From Eledone cirrhosa (lineage: Eukaryota): a DNA stretch of 64,000 bases. Positions within the stretch are counted from its first letter, which is position 1. Each line of letters starts with the position of its first letter. Positions 13,479 through 24,158 of this stretch are shown here, piece by piece. The notes beneath the pieces were generated by a model, which saw only the letters and a list, made by a program, of their open reading frames with translations, ran no database searches and was not told the origin of the DNA. The position numbers and the translations under genes were made by a program. The stretch is taken from the NCBI GenBank assembly GCA_964016885.1, contig OZ024742.1, forward strand, positions 210,800,001 through 210,864,000, read 5' to 3'.

Positions 13479-16400
13479 ATATTTGTCATTAATTCATCTC
13501 AGTGGGAATGCTTGGCCTTCTCCGTGGAGTGCAGCCCCTCTCCTGCCGCGCCCTATGCCCAGAGCCCAATCATCCTCCCTCTTTCCCATTCTTCTGTGAC
13601 ACTACAGTTCTTGCCATTCCCCAATTCCCGTTTTTTTCTTTTTTTTTCTCTTTTTTCTTTATATTTTCCTATTTTACGTTCCATTCTTCTCAATCTAAAT
13701 TTTCTTTTTTTTTCTTTTTCTATTAAACTATATTTATATGATACATTCCATAAATTTATTGGATATATTTATCCATTTTTAAGATAAGGTAGTATTTGAG
13801 GAAGATTTGGTTGTAATTTCTTGCAATTGAGTAACTTCCATGTTGGCTCAGAATATTTTTCTTTGGTTGTGTCAGTAGTGATTTGTGTGCAACCTGCATT
13901 GAGATAAAAGGTTCTGTTTATTGTTTTTAGTTATCTCTAGTTTGTTGTAAAGAGATTGGAAGTCAGTCAAGGCTGGCTAACCTATGATGAACCTGATGGG
14001 TTGTTTCTACTCAAATGTTGTTTCTTTGTGTTAGTCAAATGTAATGCAAGTGTGTATTCTTAGTGTATTTGTGCATCATTTTTTTTTTTTCTCTCTTATG
14101 TTGTTAATGTTGTAGATGTATTGTAGATAATTCCTAATATTCATCATGTGTGGTATGTTAATCATGTTGAATATATCTGATTTATTGTTGTTGAACATTT
14201 ATTGCTTCCAACAAGTGTTCCAATTGATCGAATGAACAATAGAACAGGCTGCTTATGAAATTAACATGCAAGTGGCTGAACATTCCACAGACATGTGTAC
14301 CCTTAGCATAGTTCTTAGGGAGAGTCAGCATGAGTGACAAGGCTGGTCCTTTGAATTACAGATACAACTTTTTTTTCCAACTGAGTAGACTGGAGCTATG
14401 TGAAATAAAGTGTCTTGTTCAAGGACATGATGAGCCACCAGGAATCGAATTCAACACTTTATAATCAGTGTGTGATGGTTAGTTAGATCGAATGTTTCGC
14501 TTCTTACTGGTGAACACTAAAGAACATCAGATATAACCAACCTATAAGCTATACAAAATAATTCTAATTTTTATGTAGCAGTGATTAAAAATGAATAAAT
14601 GTCTTTTTTCAAAGATACCCTAAATATTGTGTTAGATGTTCTATCACAGCTCTAAATAGAATAGAATAGTTGCCGTAAAATTGCACTATCTAAATGTATT
14701 TGGAAATGGAAATACAATATTAATTGTTGTAGAAGGGTAGAGGAGAGAAACAGTATGTTTATAGGGTGGCATAATTATTGATAATATTAGGTGGGCAGCA
14801 TTGATGGTGCTGATGCTGATGCTGGTGCTGGTGTTAATGGTGCTGGAGAAGGCAGTACTGATGGTGGGACTAGTGGCAGTGGTGTTGGTGGTGTTAGTGG
14901 TGGTGATGAGGGCGGCGATTGATGGCGGTGCTGGTGGTGGTGGGGGTGGTTGATGATGGTGCTAGAGGTTATGGTGGGGGTGGGGGTGGTTGATGACGGT
15001 GCTAGTGGTTATGGTGGTGGTGATGGTGGTGTTGATTGGTAGCTGTGTTATTATTTGCACTAGAGATGTTAGTGATGATGTTGCTAAAGGCATGGTGAGA
15101 TGCTGGATGATAAGATGAAGATATTACTGGGTATAATAAGATGTGAAATGTTTCAAATAATAATTTATCTTCTACTAAGTGTTCTTACTATTTCACTCAA
15201 TCACTTATGTCCTATTGATAAAGTATAAATAATATATCCAGCTAAAGTGAAGTAGTACACATTTTAGATGTAAGGTTTAAAAAGTGGACAGCTACTTTCT
15301 AAGCTCTTTCAATGGTCATAAGTATTATGGCGTTGGTTGACTGGACATCCTACTACATTACAAAAGAAACCTGTTGTCTTTATGAGTAAGTTAACCAACT
15401 TTCACATAAATACATTTTTTTAATCTCATTTCTTATCAATTCCAATTTTCTGTTTAGTCACATGATACTACATCTCTTGCTCCTTATTGAAACACCTTGT
15501 GACATCTTTTGTCATTGAATTTTCTATGTTCCATATGGAAGAAAGTTTATTTGGTCCTGTTGTTCTTGTTGTTTAGTCCCAGCCTCACCCTCATTGAGCA
15601 GAATTATGATCAACACCATTCTAGTCATGACCATCCTCTCTTTTAATTTTTTCAAGCAAAATGTGCCTCAGTCTACTACATCCAATGTGTTCATTTTTTT
15701 TTTTTAATAGTAGAGTCTGATTTAAGAGGGAATAGCTGCTATTTCTAGCTGGTTGAGTTACCACATAGAGAAGGGGCTCACTTGTTGACTCAGACAGGTT
15801 CTATAATTTTTAGAGATGTATGAACAACAAACTAGAAAAGTAATCAATTAGCAAAACCATGAAACATTTTATTAATTTGGAAATATACAAAATGAAAAGT
15901 TAATTGTTAAATCATTTCAATAATTAAAAAATATTATTTTTTCTTACTTTTTACTTGCAATCTATTAAAATATATTTATAAATTTATTATATATTTTCTG
16001 TTCTTTTTCATTTAAAAAAATAATTTCTTGGGTGTATTTTCTACACTTTTCTAATAATTCCCCATGCTAAGAATGATGTTAATTCTCAACTCAATCCTGA
16101 TCTAGCAAACATATGGTCAAAGGTATTCAAACTAAAACCGTCTCATCATATATTCAAACAGTGTATTTAAGATTACATTAGCCAAAGTCGTCTGCTTTTT
16201 TTTAAGAGTGCAGAATGTGATTTTAAGGAGATTTGGCTACTATTTTTAGCAGGTTGCATGACTATATAAGTACTAATATATCCAAATACGCAGGCGAGAA
16301 AGACACAGTAATATTAGCATCATTAGCCTTACAACAACAAGTCTTAGTTGTAAATTTTACTGAATTATTCCCTCCTCCTCTTGCTCACTCTGTTGTGTCT

Positions 16401-17086
16401 TTAGTCATTTTCTCTTCACTGCCTTACCACTGGCACTTATATTGATTGGTTGGTTGTTGCTTATGCTAAAAATCAATAGCTCTCCAGATTTGACAGTGGG
16501 TAGTCTGTGTTGTAGTATTCTAGCAATATAGTATTACTCCAAAGTGTATTTTTGTCAATTTTTTTTTTCCATTTTTGTTTTTCTTTTCTTTTTATACCAT
16601 TAATCGAAAGAAATCATGACTGAAATTGTTAAGAGTTTTTGTTGATACTTCTTGAAAATCATAAATTTAAGTTTATTACAAATCAATCATTTTTTTTAAA
16701 AAGTTCTTTTGTTTGTTTTTATTTATTATTATAATTCTGTCTGGATTTATTCTTTCCTTATTCTCTTCCTCCAAACACTTTCTGGTCCCCCCCCCTCTCT
16801 CTCTCACCCACTCACTCCCTCTCTCAGACACACACATACACATTCTCTCTCTCTCTCTCTCTCTCTCAGACACACATACATACTTACACACTCTCTCTCT
16901 TTCACACACACACACATACACACGCACACACTCTTTCTCTCTCTTTCTTTCCCTCTTTCTTGGATTCTTTAAGAAGATTTCAATCAAGGAGAAGCAACAG
17001 CTTGTAAACTGACACATCCAGCATATTGTACTAACCTTTGCTGATTTTTTTAACAACAAAAGCATGGCCTGGTACTCTTAATAGTC

Positions 17087-17132
17087 ATGGCTGAAATGAA
17101 ATCAACATTTAATAATATGCCCTTTTTATTTG
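17087..17132 (+). CDS. Candidate upstream first coding exon of the TBC1D16-like gene (MAEMKSTFNNMPFLF-G)
   Basis: gtcATGg start context and a G|gtaaac donor in phase 1, matching the phase-1 acceptor at 32918. No homology support. Confidence 0.3.
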
Positions 17133-18139
17133 GTAAACACTTACCCCCACTCCCACCCCAACACTGTCAAATCCAGGAGTCAGGAACATTGAAATTAAAG
17201 CATTGACACTTTTCATAACTACTTGGTGAGCCAAACCTCAAAACTATTTTACCATTTCAATTTAGTTAATTTGGTAGATTTTAAAGTATTTTTTTTTTAC
17301 AAACTGTTAACGACAAAAATATTTAGAAAATCTGTTTATTTACCGTCGCAAACTTTTATCATTCTGCATAACAGTTCTCAATGAATAGTATAATGTTATT
17401 TTATATATTTCAAAAACATTAGTTAAAGCTTTTATAATATTAAAATTTGTGTGTTTTTGTTTTATCATATGGCTTTTCTAGTTTTCTTTTTGTGTTATTA
17501 TTTGTTATTCATCCTTCTTGTTCTTGTTGTGGTTGTTGTTGTAGTTCTCTGTATAAATATCATGCAAATATATGAGTATGATGCATGTGTTTGAACGTGT
17601 GTGTCTGTCTGTGCCTACGTTTGTATCTGTTGTGTGTCTGTGTGTGCCTACGTTTGTGTCTGTGTCTGTGTGTGTATGTCTGTGTGTCTGTATGAATATT
17701 CATTCAAAGTTGATGTTCACAAATACAAAGAACTCGGAGTGGCAATCGAGTGAATCATTAGCTTCTTCAAATATAAAACTACTACGTGCATGTGGTACTT
17801 ATTCTTTCAGTTTCTACACATATACACATACTCATATATATATATATACATACGTACATGTAATACATATATATTATGTATTACATGTGACTCATTACAG
17901 CTGACCATATGTTTCACTCTGTAATGCATTGCATTTATATGTATGCGTGCTGGTGAGTGTGTGTGTGTGGGGGGGGGGGGGGGGGGGCATGTTGCGTGCT
18001 TAAAAAGTTTGCTTTGCAGCCATATGGTTTCAGGTTCTGCTCCACTGTGTATCCCATTGAGTGTGTTTTACTAAAGAGTCAGGCTCAACAATACATTGCA
18101 AGGGAATTTGGTAGTCAGAGACTTTAAGGAAGCCAATTG

Positions 18140-18171
<32 letters not shown>

Positions 18172-18487
18172 GTGTATATATCATTATCATCATCATCATC
18201 GTTTAACGTCTATCTTCCACACTAGCATGGGTTAGACAGGAATTGTCCCATTTGAGGCAAGATTGGTCAGGTGATTGTGTCTCGCTCGTATCTGGCAGGT
18301 TTTCTACGGCTGAATTCCCTATATGTATATATATATATATATATTAGGAAGGGCATCTAACCATAGAAACCATGCCAAATATTGAACAAATGAGCAAGAT
18401 GAGATCTCTCTGACCCTTTTTACACACGCACACACACATAAACATATATATATAACTTGTACTCCTGTTTTTTTGTTTTTTACTTTC

Positions 18488-18526
<39 letters not shown>

Positions 18527-18531
<5 letters not shown>

Positions 18532-18981
18532 ATAATAACAAAGTGGAGATGTTACGTAGGAGATTTATTGCTTAAACCATGTTACAAATGTTTCCCAAGC
18601 AGCTGGCTCGTGATCTGGGATGGCACCCCCAGACCAGACTCCAAGTCTGCCTGAACCTCAGACCAGTGTTAACACAACAAAAATCACATCAAATCTGTGG
18701 ACGAACCAGCAAAAACACAAACAAGCATAGAGAAGGACCAAACACGGGCCTAGAATTCAATAGACGCACCTGGTCTGAGGATCGGGCAGTCTTGGAGTCT
18801 GGTCTGGGGGTGCCATCCCAGATCATGAGCCAGCTGCTTGGTAAATATTTGTAACCAGGATTAAGCAATAAATTACCTATGTAACATCTCCACTTTGTTT
18901 TTATTGTATACACTCTGCTCTGCATTGAGTGCTGACTTTGGTTCCCTCACCAGTTTTCTTCAGATTTACTGAACTTTCTGC
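18527..18981. mobile_element. Fold-back Penelope-like (pLTR-derived) element with hammerhead-like motifs on both arms
   Basis: Inverted arms about 18531-18668 and 18767-18905, a 3' extension to about 18981, flanked by (TA)n. Confidence 0.65.
18769..18859 (+). ncRNA. Type I hammerhead ribozyme-like motif (GAAA mutated to TAAA)
   Basis: cctggt-CTGAGGA-long stem II-TAAA-tatttg-TA-accagg, with a perfect 6-bp stem I. The mirror copy at 18577-18667 (-) keeps GAAA but has CTGAGGT. Confidence 0.6.
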
Positions 18982-19194
18982 ATATATATATATATACAAT
19001 AAAACAGTAGTGATTTCCAGAGGTTGACTGAGGAGTTGGGACTGTCCATTATATATTAATATAGGTATAAATGTGGTTGGTGTTAGGAAGGGCATCCAGT
19101 CGTAGAAAACCCGCCAGAGCAAGACAACCAATCTTGCCTCAAGTGGGAAAATTCCTATCCAAACCCATGCTAGCGTGGAAGATGGACGTTAAAC

Positions 19195-19270
<76 letters not shown>

Positions 19271-19367
19271 ATAATAATAAATGTGAAAACTAAAATCTGA
19301 AGAGGACTCAACAAGGATAATATATTATATTAAAATATATAAAACCATAGATCAAATATTTATTTAA

Positions 19368-19596
19368 CCCTTTAGCATTTACATTACTTTATATATACTA
19401 TTGTATTTTCACAGTAAAGACTTTACCTGACATAATTATTTCACATAATATTGAATCTATGAGATTTTGATATTATATATTATATATTATATATTTTGAG
19501 CACAATACCTTAACATGAGGGGCCGGTTACAGCCAGTTTGAACAGAAAGAGGTGAGAGAATTCTAGCCGGTTCTGGCCGGTTTGAATGCTAAAGGG
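19368..19596. mobile_element. piggyBac-type MITE (family 1)
   Basis: TTAA TSDs and TIR CCCTTTAGCATT...AATGCTAAAGGG. Confidence 0.85.
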
Positions 19597-19600
19597 TTAA

Positions 19601-19709
19601 ATAACAGATTAAAGTTTAAGCAACGAATCGCTGCTTTCACCCTTAACAGTTTCAGAAGATCCTGTTAAGGGTGAAAGCAGCGATTCTTTGCTTAAACTTT
19701 TATCTGTTA
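19601..19709. repeat. Near-perfect hairpin (arms about 47 bp)
   Basis: ataacaga..aaagtttaagcaa.gaatcgctgctttcacccttaacag pairs with ctgttaagggtgaaagcagcgattc.ttgcttaaacttt.tctgttat. Confidence 0.85.
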
Positions 19710-20745
19710 TTTTAAAAGACATATATATATATATATATATATAAAAACATGAGAATAATTGAGTGCTGCATGGTTGCACATGGGTTACATATGAAAAAAA
19801 TAGTCCTTCATCAGTGATTTTCCAACCTTCATTGGTATTTCATCGCTTTAAAAATCATATACCTCCAGTTGGTGCGAGCAATAGCTAAATAAAGCTATTG
19901 GGACAAGTAAATCGCGTAAAGCGAGCGAGACAAGTAAACAAACATAGAAGGTATAGCAACGGAAAGATAGGAAGAAACAAGCACATGGTATCCGTTCAGC
20001 ATATAAAAAAAATGCCAACACAAGAGCAAGAATGAAGCATTCATTCTACTGACATGGCTTTAAAAATGAGGCTTGTTTGCATAATTGTAAACGAATCAAA
20101 TGTTATTATCAATCCTAGCAGAAAAGACCCTTCGGGTGGTTTTCTGCTAGCATGTGTAATGTGTATATTGATATTATACGCAAGTATATATACATGTAGA
20201 TATGTTACATCAAATAAAATCGTAATTGACAATATAAAATACATAGAAATTGAGCGAAGACTACATTACACTGTCTTATGTAATCAGTAACGTAATACAT
20301 GATACATTAAAAAAAGACGATATTATATATATAAACCGCATTAGGAGAAAATTAGTATGTTTATTTAAGCGATCGCTAATCGGAAGTGTTGACATTTCAG
20401 AAATTTCAGAAAGTGAATCTTTAAATCAACAAAATATATTTAATCAATAGCCACGAAATTTAGTAGATAAATTATGTAATATTCATTCATTATTTATTCA
20501 GTATAGTTATGTCCCTTTACGATCTGAGTTCAAATCCCGCCGAGGTTGACTTTGCCTTTCATCCTTACGGGGTCGATAAAATAAAGTACCAGTAATGCAC
20601 TGGTGAATTGCTGGCTAGTGGCTAAAGTAGAAACAATTATTTATTCAAAGTAATCAAACTTATTTTAAGAATAGGATAAAAAATTATAAACCGTATGCAG
20701 TCTTGCGCTCCTCCCTTTATTATAGTTTGAATTAAAAAAACTCAG

Positions 20746-20784
<39 letters not shown>

Positions 20785-20786
<2 letters not shown>

Positions 20787-21266
20787 CATTTCTGAATTTG
20801 TTTAGCAAGATTCTTTATCTGAAAACGTGTGTTGAAACCGATATTGTTATGCTTTGGTAGGGTCATGTTGCCAATAAGAAACACACACACCAGTTGCTTT
20901 CACTCCAATTTATTATAAATTAAATTTATAAATCTAAGAATTTATTTATAAATTTCCGGTTGGTTGGTTCCACAACCAGACGGCTGACACAACACACACA
21001 AAAACAAGATGGCGTAGGGCAGAACAAAGGAGAGGCACAAAACAAAGAAAAGAATCCGCAGTCACTGAAGAGGTCACAGAATGTGTGATGAAAGAACTTT
21101 GACAATATATGAACAGCCGTCCGGTTGTGGAACCAACCAACCAACCAACCGGAAATTTATAAATAAATTCTTAGATTTATAAATTTAATTTATAATAAAT
21201 TGGAGTGAAAGCAAGTGGTGCATGTGTTTCTTATTGGCAACATGACCCTCCCAAAGCATTACAATA
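20785..21266. mobile_element. Fold-back Penelope-like element with a hammerhead motif in the spacer
   Basis: Inverted arms about 20840-20987 and 21114-21266, an extra tail on the left, flanked by (TA)n. Confidence 0.6.
21061..21103 (+). ncRNA. Type I hammerhead ribozyme-like motif
   Basis: gtca-CTGAAGA-g-gtcaca(gaatg)tgtgat-GAAA-gaac-TT-tgac. Stems I and II pair; stem III is minimal. Confidence 0.55.
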
Positions 21267-21396
21267 TATATATATCATCATCATCCGTTCTTCCACGCTA
21301 CCATGGGTTAGACGGGTTGTCCTGTTGTGGGCAGTGTCCAGTCGGTTGCCCTGCTCATACTGGAACTGATTCTGGCTTGATTTTTACAGCTGGATA

Positions 21397-21460
<64 letters not shown>

Positions 21461-21463
<3 letters not shown>

Positions 21464-23779
21464 TCATCATCATCATCATCAACGTTTAACGTCCGTGTTC
21501 CACGCTTGCATGGGTTTGGACGGGGGTAGTCCCACTTGAGGCAAGAGTGATTGTCTTGCTCGCATAGGACTGTCTGGCAGGTTTTCTACAGTTGGATGCC
21601 CTTCCTAACACCAACCACATTTACAGTGTGGGTCTGGGAGGTTTTTACCGTGTTGCCTACACGGCCACATTACAGCGTGGACTGTGTGTTTTTTGTCGTG
21701 ACACCTACACGATCTCATTTGTTTCGGCCTCGATGGCGCGGCACCAACATAACTTTACATAGAACGGGGTGGTGTGGATCGGGTGGGGGTGGTGGGACGG
21801 GGTGTATTTGTTAGAGATGCCTACTGGCTGGAGTAGGTTTTACTATATATTTAGGTAAGGCGGGTCTTCTCTGTTACTGAGTACCGCCAAAGGTCTCGGT
21901 CCAGTGACATTGTCTTGGAGAGGTGTAAGTGTGTGATGTCGGAGTTTATCAGCTCGTCCCAGGTTTTTCTAGGTCTGCCTATTCCGTGACTACCGTCTAT
22001 CTTTATTGCCCTGCACTTTGTTATACAGCTATCGACTTTCATGCGCATCACGTGTCCATACCAACGTAGCCTTCTCTCGAGTAAACAACATCTGATCCCT
22101 CTTATCTCTAATTTATTCCTTAGTTCGTTTATGCTTTGCCGTTCACGTATATTACTGTTACACATCCAGCGGAGCATGCAAGCTTCGTTCCTCTCTAGTC
22201 TGCGTATATCCTCTGCACACAATGCCCAGGTCTCACTGCCATGCAGCATTGCTGTTCGTATGCAGGCATCGTACAACCTGCCTTTCATTTTTAGTGAGAA
22301 CCCTTTAGCAGCTAATAGTGGTATAAGCTCTCTGAACTTTTTCCAACCAGTTCTGACTCTAGCTACAGTACTTTCAGAGCACCCTCCCCCACTGCTGATT
22401 TTATCGCCCAGGTAACGGAAGCTGTCCACTATTTCTATAGAACCCTCTGCGCAATTGAAAGAGCTAGTAGTTTGTGGGCACTTGCTGCTACTTATTGCAC
22501 CAGAGCACCGGCCACATGTAAAATCTATGTTCTTAGTTAGCCTACCTGTGATCCCACTACATCTTTTATGCACCCATACTTTGCATTTAGGACATAAAAT
22601 GGAGTTTCTACCTACGCCTTTCCTACACACCGAGCACGACCATTTCCCAGAAGGGACCGCCGCCTTGTTTTCTTTCCTACAAACTAGTACTTTGGTCTTA
22701 GCCAGGTTAATTTTAAGTCCTTTTGACTCTAGGCCGTGCTTCCATGTTTGGAATTTCTTCTCTAGCTCGGCCATTGATTCCGCTATGAGTGTCAGGTCGT
22801 CTGCGTATAGGAGTTCCCATGGGCAGCCTGTCTTGAACTCCTCTGTTATGGCCTGAAGGGCAATAATAAATAGTAGTGGACTGAGAACAGAGCCCTGATG
22901 GACGCCGACTTTTACGCTAAACTCTTCACTATATTCGTTGTTAATTCTAACCTTGCTGACTGTTTCTTTATACATGGCTTGTATAGCCCTCACAAGCCAT
23001 TCGTCAACGCCTAGTTTTCTAAGAGCCCACCAGATAATGGAGCGGGGGACTCTGTCGAAGGCTTTCTCCAAGTCGACAAAAGCTAAGTAGAGGGGTTTAC
23101 CTTTAGCTAGGTACTTCTCCTGTAGTTGTCGTACTATGAAAAGAGCGTCTGTGGTACTTTTGCCTGACACAAACCCGAACTGCATTTCATCTAGGTCAAT
23201 TCTCTCTCTGATTAGTTGCGCTATTACTCTTTCCGTGACCTTCATGACCTGGTCGATTAATTTAATGCCTCTATAGTTACTCCTATCTAGGGCGTCTCCT
23301 TTACCCTTATAACAGTTAACGATGATGCTGCTATGCCAGTCCTTCGGAACAACCCCGTTTTGTACGACTTGGTTAACTATGCGGGTGACCATGGTGTGTC
23401 CCACCGTGCCAGATGCCTTCAGCATCTCAGCAACTATTTCCGAAGGCCCAGCCGCCTTACCAGTCTTCATATCCTTGATTGCCTTACTTATTATACTCCC
23501 CTCGACTAACACTGCTGGTCCCTCTATTGGGTCGATATGGGGGAGACTGCCTTTCTCCCAATTATTCTCCTCATTTAGAAGCCTTTCATAGTGACACTTC
23601 CAAGCTACCTTCTTATCAGCGTCGGTGATGGCAAGTGTGCCATCGTCGTTTAGTACACACTTCTCCCCGACAATATCACGGTTTTCCTTGACGCATTGCC
23701 TAGCAATCCTGAACACCTCACGTTTTTGGTCATCGCGTTGTAGAACATGCTTGAACTTTCTTTCCTCAGCTTCCCTTCT
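21461..23779 (-). mobile_element. RTE LINE subfamily B, 5'-truncated, young
   Basis: Uninterrupted RT ORF 21851-23716 ([35 protein letters not shown]), a 3' UTR ending in (ATG)n, and both ends in (TA)n. Confidence 0.95.
21851..23779 (-). CDS. Reverse transcriptase portion of RTE ORF (no endonuclease; 5'-truncated)
   Basis: All RT motifs are present in the 621-aa ORF. Confidence 0.85.
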   Translation of the reverse strand, partial: RREAEERKFKHVLQRDDQKREVFRIARQCVKENRDIVGEKCVLNDDGTLAITDADKKVAWKCHYERLLNEENNWEKGSLPHIDPIEGPAVLVEGSIISKAIKDMKTGKAAGPSEIVAEMLKASGTVGHTMVTRIVNQVVQNGVVPKDWHSSIIVNCYKGKGDALDRSNYRGIKLIDQVMKVTERVIAQLIRERIDLDEMQFGFVSGKSTTDALFIVRQLQEKYLAKGKPLYLAFVDLEKAFDRVPRSIIWWALRKLGVDEWLVRAIQAMYKETVSKVRINNEYSEEFSVKVGVHQGSVLSPLLFIIALQAITEEFKTGCPWELLYADDLTLIAESMAELEKKFQTWKHGLESKGLKINLAKTKVLVCRKENKAAVPSGKWSCSVCRKGVGRNSILCPKCKVWVHKRCSGITGRLTKNIDFTCGRCSGAISSSKCPQTTSSFNCAEGSIEIVDSFRYLGDKISSGGGCSESTVARVRTGWKKFRELIPLLAAKGFSLKMKGRLYDACIRTAMLHGSETWALCAEDIRRLERNEACMLRWMCNSNIRERQSINELRNKLEIRGIRCCLLERRLRWYGHVMRMKVDSCITKCRAIKIDGSHGIGRPRKTWDELINSDITHLHLSKTMSLDRDLWRYSVTEKTRLT

Positions 23780-23799
23780 ATATATATATATATATTTTT

Positions 23800-24155
23800 T
23801 TTTTTTTTACATTCGCTTTTCCCTGCTTGCAAGGGTGGGACGGGAACTGATTATGTCTTGATTTCTACAGCTGGATTCCCTTCCTAACACCAACCTCATT
23901 TACAGTGAGTGCTGGGTGCATTTTTTCCGTGGCGCCTACACGTCCACTTTACAGTGTGGGCTGGGTGCTTTTTTGCCGTGGCACCTCCACGACCACTCTA
24001 CAGTGGAATGATATGGACCCCAGTCCCTATCATCTCATTTCTACAGCTGAGTAAACTGGAGCAATGTGAAATAAAGTCTCTTGCTCAAGGAAACAACACA
24101 TCACCCGGTCTGAGAATTGAACTCACAACCTTTCGATTGCAAAGCCAATGCTCTA
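23800..24155 (-). mobile_element. tRNA-head SINE family 2 with RTE-derived 3' tail
   Basis: B-box GAGTTCAATTC, core CCTTGAGCAAGA.ACTTTATTTCACATTGCTCCAG, and a tail close to the RTE-A end CCCACCCTTGCAAGCAGGGAAAAGCG. Confidence 0.8.
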
Positions 24156-24158
24156 AAA

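Noticed and set aside
14800-15035. Gly-rich coding exon
   Set aside because: It is a degenerate (GGT)n simple repeat with stops and no splice support; the same applies to 34760-34950 and 48600-48900.
22041-23591. Antisense ORFs recurring opposite each RTE copy
   Set aside because: They are shadows of the RT coding strand and repeat only because the element repeats.
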